Source of the DNA: Patescibacteria group bacterium
GTDB lineage: Bacteria > Patescibacteriota > Patescibacteriia > Veblenbacterales > UBA10138
Direction: 5' to 3'
Assembly (NCBI GenBank): GCA_041648575.1
Contig: JBAZOT010000007.1
Span: 1 to 60,040 of the forward strand
DNA: 60,040 nucleotides
Shown here: one piece after another, positions 17,255 to 23,969 of the stretch
Numbering within the stretch: position 1 is the stretch's first letter
Layout: each line of letters starts with the position of its first letter
Translations under genes and position numbers: made by a program
Notes under the pieces: generated by a model
Seen by the model: the letters and a program-made list of their open reading frames with translations, nothing else
Database searches by the model: none
What the model was told of the DNA's origin: nothing

Positions 17255-18098
17255 ATGAAAAGCAAAAGTATAAGTGATCATTTGCTGTTTAAGGTCAGCA
17301 AACCCAGTTTTGATGGCACGTTTAGAATTTTAAGCTGGTCTGACGCTATTGACGTCTCTAGAAAAGCATCAACGTCGCACGAATATTGTCTTCAGAGTTT
17401 TGGAAAGGAATTTCGTTTTGTCGTTTATGACAGAGAACCAATAGGACCCTTGTCACTACCATCATTAGATGGACACGAAACAATTCCTAACGCGCTCCAA
17501 TTCGACAAATCGGTTAGCTTAAAACAAATAACAAATTCTTCGTGGGATGATCTAGTGGCTATAGCTTTAAAAGCCATGAATCAAAGACGTAAAGATTATA
17601 ATAAGTCTCTAAACAATCTCTTTAGTGTAAAAAAGATTAACCTTGGTCGTCTTATAGATGGTTGCACTAAAGCTGTATTACAACCCGAAGATGATCAAAG
17701 AAAAATTCATAAATTCTATGCAAGAAAATTCTATGCAAGAGGTTGTTATATAAAACATGATGCAACTGAAAGTTGTCATCTGAATCATAATATAAAAACC
17801 AGTATTTCAGTTACTTCATTACCGAAAGGAAAAAAGGGAAGAAAGTCGTCCTTTTATTGGAGTAGAGATTGGTGGCGAACTTTACGTAGATTATAAAATT
17901 TCAACCTTTCCTACAGAAATCGGGGGTAAAGTATTTTTAAGAAATCGGTATACTACTGATGAAAAAATAACCGTTGACTTAGAAATGCTAATTGAACCCG
18001 TTGATTTAGAACCAATTTCTATGCTTACGGTGGGTAATCTTTGGCAAGAATCAGTGCTTGAACCAGAGCCGCTTTTTAAAGAGCCGATAATCAAATAG
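17255..18098 (+). pseudogene. Cassette ORF B: 213-aa hypothetical ORF (17255..17896) that apparently continues in the +1 frame (17796..18098); frameshifted gene, or a sequencing or slippage error at an A6 run
   Basis: The frame-0 stretch ...RPFIGVEIGGELYVDYKISTFPTEIGGKVFLRNRYTTDEKITVDLEMLIEPVDLEPISMLTVGNLWQESVLEPEPLFKEPIIK* looks coding but has no start codon until an ATG about 58 codons in (DLEMLIEP). The tail of the annotated frame (KGKKGRKSSFYWSRDWWRTLRRL) looks out of frame. A6 run at 17830-17835. Confidence 0.5.
17711..17740 (+). repeat. Perfect 15-nt in-frame tandem duplication inside ORF B
   Basis: aaattctatgcaaga x2, giving KFYAR-KFYAR. Confidence 0.9.
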
Positions 18099-18130
18099 TG
18101 AGATAAAAAGCGTATCAACAAAAATTAACC

Positions 18131-18163
18131 AGACGGGTGGAATAAAAAATATTTCACCCGTCT
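18131..18163 (+). promoter_or_regulatory. Conserved intercistronic hairpin (copy 2)
   Basis: AGACGGGTG-GAATAAAAAATATTT-CACCCGTCT; flanks AACC...ATTAATCTGAA are also conserved with copy 1. Confidence 0.7.
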
Positions 18164-18201
18164 ATTAATCTGAAATATCAAACAATAAAAGGAGAAATAA
18201 A

Positions 18202-18540
18202 ATGAAACAAAAATCTTTAATCCTCAAGAGTGGTTACCTTATACTGCTTACTCTCGTCCATCTCTATTTACTGGGATTGGCACTGAACTTATCATGGAAC
18301 TGGTTTATTGTTCCGGTATTAGGAATCAAAATGCTTGGAACGTTTCAAGCAATTGGTGTAATAATACTGTTAAAAATATTAAAGTATCAACCTAGCGCCT
18401 GGATCTTTAAAAAAGAAGCTGATTTTTGGTCATCACTAGATAACCATCTAAAGCAACGTCGCATAGAGTTAAGCTGGCGTGCGGCCTACACTCTTAGCTT
18501 CTTAAGCATAAGTTATTGTGTTCACCAATTAATAATTTAA
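18202..18540 (+). CDS. Hypothetical 3-4 TM membrane protein (112 aa), present only in cassette 2
   Basis: AAAGGAG SD; LILKSGYLILLTLVHLYLLGLALNLSWNWFIVPVLGIKMLGTFQAIGVIILLKIL. Confidence 0.6.
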   Translation: MKQKSLILKSGYLILLTLVHLYLLGLALNLSWNWFIVPVLGIKMLGTFQAIGVIILLKILKYQPSAWIFKKEADFWSSLDNHLKQRRIELSWRAAYTLSFLSISYCVHQLII

Positions 18541-18557
18541 GAAAGGAGATTAATAAA

Positions 18558-18668
18558 ATGAAAAATAAGAATAAGCCCGTTGTACTTTTAATAGTTTGTG
18601 CTTTGGGGATAGCAGCCATATTTATTATCTGGTTTATTACAATCGGCCTGCCTTATGCATCGAAGTAG
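18558..18668 (+). CDS. 36-aa hydrophobic single-TM peptide (copy 2)
   Basis: AAAGGAG SD; MKNKNKPVVLLIVCALGIAAIFIIWFITIGLPYASK. Confidence 0.6.
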   Translation: MKNKNKPVVLLIVCALGIAAIFIIWFITIGLPYASK

Positions 18669-18757
18669 CCATCCAAAAAAACAGATGCCCGATATTATAT
18701 GGCTAGGTGGGTAATAATATCCATTAACAACAACTAAAAAAATAAAACATCAATCAA

Positions 18758-18789
18758 AACCGAGATTGAAAATTCAGTCTCGGTTTTTT
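18758..18789 (+). terminator. Rho-independent terminator of cassette 2
   Basis: AACCGAGATTGA-AAAT-TCAGTCTCGGTT-TTTTA. Confidence 0.75.
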
Positions 18790-18790
18790 A

Positions 18791-18878
18791 TCCACCTTCG
18801 CCCCGATATTTATCGTGGCTTCGGCGGATTCCGCCAAAAAATGAAGGATACCCACGGGTGTAAGTCTGTAGTGGCTTC
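18791..18878. repeat. GC-rich palindromic insertion absent from cassette 1
   Basis: GCCCCGATA-TT-TATCGTGGC, GGCGG-ATT-CCGCC, GAAGCCAC twice on the minus strand; interrupts the otherwise colinear copy-1 / copy-2 alignment. Confidence 0.55.
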
Positions 18879-18901
18879 ATTTTCTATGACTAAATTACTT
18901 T

Positions 18902-18961
18902 GTATTAATGTGTTAACCCAGAACTAGACTTTAGTCAGTACTGGGCACGGTACATTAATAC
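18902..18961. repeat. Approx. 60-nt inverted-repeat structure (copy 2)
   Basis: GTATTAATGT-GTTAA-CCCAGAACT...AGTACTGGG-CACGGT-ACATTAATAC (perfect 10-bp outer arms). Confidence 0.7.
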
Positions 18962-18989
18962 AAACACATAATAATCTCTAGATTAACAT

Positions 18990-19150
18990 AGCTGATTGCT
19001 TCGCCCAGTCAAACAGGACTCGCCCGCCTACCGCAGGCAGACAATGACAACTAAACGTCACTGCGAATGAGCGTAACGAATGAAGCAGTCTAGAAGATCG
19101 CCACGTCGCTGCGCTCCTCGCGATGACAGGAGAAAAACACTCGCAATAAC
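18990..19150. repeat. Nested cluster of short GC-rich palindromic elements
   Basis: The minus strand reads GTTATTGCGAG..., GTCATCGCGAGGAGCGCAGCGACGTGGCGATC, ...CATTCGCAGTGAC..., GTCATTGTCTGCCTGCGGTAGGCGGGCGAG..., GGGCGAAGCAATC. About 135 nt are inserted relative to the single unit at 16946..16983. Confidence 0.6.
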
Positions 19151-19177
19151 AAAAACTAAGAACCAGGAATAAGGTAC

Positions 19178-19208
19178 TAGGAACTAGGAACTAGAAACTA
19201 AATACTAA
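19178..19208 (+). repeat. Second heptad-phased stop-codon array (TAG x3, TAA x2 at 7-nt spacing)
   Basis: TAGGAAC TAGGAAC TAGAAAC TAAATAC TAA; stops begin at 19178, 19185, 19192, 19199, 19206. Confidence 0.8.
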
Positions 19209-19216
19209 CTTTCTCA

Positions 19217-19258
19217 ATCCCAGTACCAATCCCGATTTATCGGGAGATGGTACGGGAT
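19217..19258. other. Long interrupted hairpin downstream of polA
   Basis: ATCCC-A-GTACC-AA-TCCCGA-TTTA-TCGGGA-GAT-GGTAC-GGGAT; no U-run on the polA strand, so terminator status is uncertain. Confidence 0.5.
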
Positions 19259-19293
19259 GTTCGCCCCTACGAGCATACGATGAATACCAGGGG

Positions 19294-22041
19294 CTATCTA
19301 AGAGGCTCCATCTCCCCCCAATTTTTCCCTTGTTTTAATTCCACCATAATCGGCACAATTAATTTAATAGCGCTTTCCATTTCTTGCTTGACCATAATAG
19401 CCACTTTTTTAACATCCCCCGCTGGCACTTCAAAAACCAATTCATCATGAACCTGAAGTATCATTTTAGAATCCTGTGACGTTACTGGCAACTTGGTAGC
19501 AACTTTAATCATAGCTAACTTCATTAAATCTGCTGCTGTGCCTTGAGTTGGTAAATTTACAGCCATACGCTCGGCTGCGGCCCGCACTTGCCCGACACCC
19601 GAGTTTACTTCGGGTAACCGGCGTTTGCGACCAAATAAAGTTGCTACATAACCATATTTTCTAGCTTGCTCTTTAGTATCCTCAATCCAACCAGCCACTT
19701 GAGGGAAAGCATTAAAATAACGATCAATAAAATTTCTGGCCTCCTCACGAGAAATTCCAGTGCGCTCTGCCAAACCCCAAGGCCCCATACCATAAAGCAC
19801 TCCAAAATTAACCTCTTTAGCACTACGACGCTGATCTCTGGTAATTTTTTCTGGCTCCACACCTAAAATATATGCCGCAGTGGAAGTGTGAATATCATCA
19901 CCGCGTTTGAATATATTAATCATATTTTTATCCTGCGCCAAATGCGCTACTATTCTAAGTTCAATTTGGGAATAATCAACAGACAGCAAAACATTTCCTG
20001 GTTCTGCAATGAATGCTCGACGCAAAATCGTACCCCAATCGCCCTTGATAGGAATATTTTGCAAATTAGGATTAGAAGATGATAAACGCCCTGTGGCGGT
20101 AACGGTTTGATTAAAACTAGTGTGCACTCTCCCGGTTTTCGGATTAATTAATTCGGGCAAGGCCTCCACATAAGTAGACTGCAATTTAGATAATTCGCGA
20201 AAATCTAATAAATGATTAATCACTGGGTGTAAACTTTTCATTTTTTCCAATTCAGAAGCTGCGGTAGAAAAACCAGTTTTTATTTTTCTAATTCCGTCGG
20301 GTGAAATTTTTAACGTTTCAAATAAAACTTCTTTTAGTTGCAAGGGCGAGGCAATATTGAATTTTTTACCAGCTAATTTATGTATTTTTTCTTCCAGCCT
20401 GATTATTTCCCCAGCCAATTTTTTTTGCATAATGCCCAAATACTTATTATCAATTTTAAATCCAGCGCGTTCTATTTGCGCTAAAATCGGCACCAACGGC
20501 ATTTCTATTTCATAAAAAAGTTTATCCAAATTATTTTGCTTAAGTTCCGACTCTAGTTTATTCTTAAGCCGCAAAGTAAAATCAGCATCTTCAGCTGAAT
20601 ACCATGATACTTTATCAATTGGCACTTCGGTCATGTTTTTTTGATCTTTACCCTTAGGACCAAGTAAATCCTCTATTGGCTGCATACGATAACCAAACTC
20701 TTGAAATACTAGTGAATCTAAATCTAAATTTCTTTCCCCACCCGCGCGCAATAAATAGGCAGCTATCATGGTATCAAAAGTTATGGCTTCAAGTTTGATT
20801 CCGTCATTCCATAATGCTTCAATATCAAACTTAATGTTATGACCACCTTTAGCTAAATCGTTACTGGTCAGTAAATCGCAAAACTTTTTAGCAGCAGTGG
20901 ATTTGCCTGCCAACAACTTAACTGGAACAAAATATGCTTCGCCGGGTTTAGCCGCAACACTCACACCTAGTAAATCTGATTGCCATGGATCTAGGCCAGA
21001 AGTTTCCGTATCAATTACTATAAATTTTTCCACAGCTAATTTTTTTACCAACGACATTAATTTAACCTCGCTATCAACAAGCTGATAATCCTGCTGCCCA
21101 CTTTTAGTTTGTTTAAGTTTAGCTACTGGCAAATCTAAATTACCCTGCAATTGTGGAATTTTAGGTAATAACGATTTAAATTCAAATTTTTGAAATAAAT
21201 CAATTAATTTATCCTCATCAAATTTACCTAAAATGCAATCTACCAATTTAAATGGTAGATTAATATTCCTAACAATAGTAACTAATTTTTGAGAAAGATA
21301 TGCTTCTGATTTAGATTTTAAAAGCAACTCGCGAATTTTCGGTCTAACTTTCTCAATTTTCTTGCCATTTTTTTCTAATTCTTTATATAAATTATCTAAG
21401 TTGTTAAAGATTTTAATTAATTCCGCAGCAGTTTTTTCACCAATTCCCTTAACACCAGGGATATTATCTGACGGGTCGCCCCGAAGCGCTTTATAATCTA
21501 TCATTTGCTCGGGTTTCAATTCATATCTCCGTTGCACTGCTTGGCTGTCATAAGTTATAGTGTCTGCTAAACCGTGTTTTAAAGTGTAAACTTTGGTGCG
21601 CTCATCAACTAATTGAAGAGTATCCAAGTCTCCGGTTACAATAATATTTTCTAGTTCTGGATAATCATCTGATATTTTTTTAGTTAGCGTACCAATCACA
21701 TCATCAGCTTCAAAACCCGGCGCTTCATAAATTGGTAAATGAAAAGCAGCTATGATTTGCTTGATTAATGGAATTTGGTCATAAAACTCTTGCGGCTGTT
21801 TTTGCCGCTGCGCTTTATAGGCTTTAAATTCTTGATGTCGAAAAGTTGTTTCAGCGCGATCAAAAGTCACTGCCACATATCTGGGTTTTAATTCTTTAAT
21901 TACACGCAAAAAAATAGTAGTAAATCCGTAAACAGCGTTTACTATTAACCCGTCTTTAGTAGCGAGCAGTGGCAAGGCATGCCAAGCTCTGTGTACTAAG
22001 GCATTGCCGTCAAAAATAACAAATTTCTCTAACTTGGGCAT
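19294..22041 (-). CDS. polA: DNA polymerase I (5'-3' exonuclease, 3'-5' exonuclease and polymerase domains)
   Basis: 915 aa; FDGNALVHRA, GIGEKTA, DYSQIELR, QVHDELVFE motifs. Confidence 0.97.
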   Translation of the reverse strand: MPKLEKFVIFDGNALVHRAWHALPLLATKDGLIVNAVYGFTTIFLRVIKELKPRYVAVTFDRAETTFRHQEFKAYKAQRQKQPQEFYDQIPLIKQIIAAFHLPIYEAPGFEADDVIGTLTKKISDDYPELENIIVTGDLDTLQLVDERTKVYTLKHGLADTITYDSQAVQRRYELKPEQMIDYKALRGDPSDNIPGVKGIGEKTAAELIKIFNNLDNLYKELEKNGKKIEKVRPKIRELLLKSKSEAYLSQKLVTIVRNINLPFKLVDCILGKFDEDKLIDLFQKFEFKSLLPKIPQLQGNLDLPVAKLKQTKSGQQDYQLVDSEVKLMSLVKKLAVEKFIVIDTETSGLDPWQSDLLGVSVAAKPGEAYFVPVKLLAGKSTAAKKFCDLLTSNDLAKGGHNIKFDIEALWNDGIKLEAITFDTMIAAYLLRAGGERNLDLDSLVFQEFGYRMQPIEDLLGPKGKDQKNMTEVPIDKVSWYSAEDADFTLRLKNKLESELKQNNLDKLFYEIEMPLVPILAQIERAGFKIDNKYLGIMQKKLAGEIIRLEEKIHKLAGKKFNIASPLQLKEVLFETLKISPDGIRKIKTGFSTAASELEKMKSLHPVINHLLDFRELSKLQSTYVEALPELINPKTGRVHTSFNQTVTATGRLSSSNPNLQNIPIKGDWGTILRRAFIAEPGNVLLSVDYSQIELRIVAHLAQDKNMINIFKRGDDIHTSTAAYILGVEPEKITRDQRRSAKEVNFGVLYGMGPWGLAERTGISREEARNFIDRYFNAFPQVAGWIEDTKEQARKYGYVATLFGRKRRLPEVNSGVGQVRAAAERMAVNLPTQGTAADLMKLAMIKVATKLPVTSQDSKMILQVHDELVFEVPAGDVKKVAIMVKQEMESAIKLIVPIMVELKQGKNWGEMEPLR

Positions 22042-22114
22042 ACATTTAAGTGTATCATAAATCGAAACATATTTATGTGCGTGCCTGCCCGAATCGACTT
22101 TATTGAAAAATATT

Positions 22115-23341
22115 TCAGTCTTCTATCGTACCTCCGCCCGTAAGCAAAAAAACTATGGTTTTATCTTGGCCATTTAACTCCTTAGCTTTTTCTATGGCGC
22201 CTTTTATCGCGTAACATGATTCAGGCGACGGTCTAATTCCTTCTACTTTTTCGAAATACAATTGAAGTCGGTCTACTTCCTCATTTGAGTATGCCACTGC
22301 CTTCACTATATTTTTATTAACAAGAAGGGATAAGAGTGGGTTCTTCCCGTGGTAATTTAAGCCGCTGGCACCAAGTTTCTTCGGCACAAAATTGACACCT
22401 AGTGTATACATCTTGGCACATGGCATGCGTCCAATTAAGTCAGGGTTTTCATATTTGTATTCACCCTTTGTAAAGCTAGGAACGCTTGTGGACTCAATCG
22501 CGATAAAGTCGGTGCTATTTCTATCAGCTTTTATAAATGGGAAGACAAAACCAGAAAAACTACTCCCACCCCCCACAACACCAACCATAGCATTAGGGGT
22601 AATATTTTGCTGTGCCAGTTGTTGTTTTAGCTCCATACCTATTACCGTATTATGTAATGCTGAGTAGGCAGTCAAACAACCAACTGACAATTTATTTTTC
22701 TGGTCACGACGAACGTGTTCCAACGCGATGCTAATACTGGCCGCAATTGTTTCTTGTTTAGTTGTAATTGGTACGACTTTTGCCCCATACTTTTTCATTA
22801 GGCCCACCTTCTTTTTTTTCAGGTCATAGTTTTTCTTTTCCATGTAAATTATGGCCTGAAGCCCAAATTCCTTGCAGGCAACAGCCATGCCCATGCCCCA
22901 ATTTCCAGGTCCCGTGTCAGCAATAAATTCCCGCACTCCCTCCTCAGCGGCATAATATGCTTGAACATATGATGAATTGAGCTTATAGCTTCCAATTTCA
23001 TTTTGATCCTCCCTCTTGAAGTATATTTTTACTCGTTCCAATCCAAGATCATTCTCTAATCCCGCTGCTCTTACTAACGGAGTGGGACGATATTTTTCAT
23101 ATAGCTTTAAAATTTTATTCGGTATAGCTATAAGATTCTCGGTTTTGTATGTTCCAAAATTAAGTTCTTGTTTTGCGAGTTCCCGCGGAATTATCTCGGC
23201 AAGTTTTTCCCATTGCATTACATCCCTATTATCGGGATCAAGAAAAGGCGGAATTTCAAAACCGAGTTCCCTTTCGATAAATGGCACGATGTTATACCAA
23301 AATTTAGGAACCCCACTATTGGTGTAATAATCTAGTCCCAT
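22115..23341 (-). CDS. TrpB-like PLP-dependent enzyme (stand-alone tryptophan synthase beta-like, TrpB2 type)
   Basis: 408 aa; NEIGSYKLNSS (PLP-lysine context), GVVGGGSSFSG glycine loop; no other trp genes in the window. Confidence 0.75.
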   Translation of the reverse strand: MGLDYYTNSGVPKFWYNIVPFIERELGFEIPPFLDPDNRDVMQWEKLAEIIPRELAKQELNFGTYKTENLIAIPNKILKLYEKYRPTPLVRAAGLENDLGLERVKIYFKREDQNEIGSYKLNSSYVQAYYAAEEGVREFIADTGPGNWGMGMAVACKEFGLQAIIYMEKKNYDLKKKKVGLMKKYGAKVVPITTKQETIAASISIALEHVRRDQKNKLSVGCLTAYSALHNTVIGMELKQQLAQQNITPNAMVGVVGGGSSFSGFVFPFIKADRNSTDFIAIESTSVPSFTKGEYKYENPDLIGRMPCAKMYTLGVNFVPKKLGASGLNYHGKNPLLSLLVNKNIVKAVAYSNEEVDRLQLYFEKVEGIRPSPESCYAIKGAIEKAKELNGQDKTIVFLLTGGGTIED

Positions 23342-23347
23342 ATATTT

Positions 23348-23407
23348 TTATGCCCGGTGCACTAAAGCATTGCCGTCAAAAATAACAAATTTTTCTTTGG
23401 GTGGCAT
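23348..23407 (-). pseudogene. Remnant copy of the polA 5-prime end (19 codons + stop), 6 nt upstream of the TrpB-like ATG
   Basis: Minus strand MPPKEKFVIFDGNALVHRA* versus intact polA MPKLEKFVIFDGNALVHRAW. Most nucleotide differences are synonymous (CCC/CCA, GAG/GAA, GCC/GCT, GTA/GTG, AGA/CGG, GCT/GCA). Confidence 0.8.
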
Positions 23408-23418
23408 TTTATTTATTC

Positions 23419-23673
23419 CTATCCATACTTTAATTTTAATATTATTAACGATAACAACATTACCAATGTAATTGCACTCATAGCAATTAATGGATAACTA
23501 TTAATTCCATACCCATACACAATCCATAATATTTGCCCTATTAAATTAATCACGTTCCATAACATTGCTAAATCTCTAGTTGATTTTGTTTTCCAAGATT
23601 TTATAACTTGTGGAAGTAAAGAAATTGCTACAAATAATCCAGCTATAAAACCTATATATTCAATAAAATTCAT
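23419..23673 (-). CDS. SemiSWEET / PQ-loop family sugar transporter
   Basis: 84 aa, 3 TM helices, PQ motif LLPQVIKSWKTKST. Confidence 0.75.
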   Translation of the reverse strand: MNFIEYIGFIAGLFVAISLLPQVIKSWKTKSTRDLAMLWNVINLIGQILWIVYGYGINSYPLIAMSAITLVMLLSLIILKLKYG

Positions 23674-23763
23674 ACAGAAAATTATATTAAAAAATAAATA
23701 ATTACTTTAAATTTTATCAAGCTCGATTTTAAACTTCATCACTGGATACATTCTTAAGTGTAA

Positions 23764-23789
23764 CATAAAACCACCCCCACGAGGGATGG
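23764..23789 (-). terminator. Rho-independent terminator closing the tRNA transcription unit
   Basis: Minus strand CCATCCC-TCGT-GGGGGTGG-TTTTATG (one G-U pair). Confidence 0.65.
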
Positions 23790-23799
23790 TATAAAATTA

Positions 23800-23834
23800 T
23801 GGAGGCCAGGAGGGGAATCAAACCCCTGAATAGA
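23800..23834 (-). pseudogene. 3-prime half of a tRNA-Cys-like gene (anticodon-stem 3-prime strand, variable loop, T-arm, acceptor, CCA)
   Basis: Minus strand ACCTC TATTC AGGGG TTTGATT CCCCT CCTGGCC T CCA. Colinear with intact tRNA-Cys ACTCC TATAC GGCGG TTCGATT CCGCC CGTGGCC T CCA, with compensatory stem changes. Confidence 0.65.
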
Positions 23835-23874
23835 GGTTTTGTCATGCCTACGGCAGATCTCCCGAAGGGAGACC
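23835..23874. repeat. Direct repeat Y (approx. 40 nt) bounding the GIY-YIG / tRNA-Cys insertion
   Basis: ggttttgtcatgcctacggcagatctcccgaagggagacc; about 36 of 41 positions match repeat X at 24214..24255. Confidence 0.8.
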
Positions 23875-23894
23875 AAACCTTTCTTGTATTATCT

Positions 23895-23969
23895 TGGAGG
23901 CCACGGGCGGAATCGAACCGCCGTATAGGAGTTTTGCAGACTCCCGCCTTACCACTTGGCTACGTGGCC
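23895..23969 (-). tRNA. tRNA-Cys (anticodon GCA), CCA encoded
   Basis: Minus strand GGCCACG TA GCC AAGTGGTAA GGC G GGAGT CTGCAAA ACTCC TATAC GGCGG TTCGATT CCGCC CGTGGCC T CCA. Confidence 0.9.

Noticed and set aside
17891-18121. Track ORF 17891..18121 (-, 76 aa)
   Set aside because: It lies antisense to the protein-like + strand frame 17796..18098 that continues cassette ORF B. It has a low-complexity S/G/I-rich sequence and no SD.
16507-19176. Calling the cassette locus an integron, with the hairpins as attC sites
   Set aside because: No intI-type tyrosine recombinase or attI is present in the window. The hairpin is only 33 nt with a perfect stem and lacks the R/L box and extrahelical-base organisation of attC. 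The analogy is kept only as a hypothesis inside the finding.
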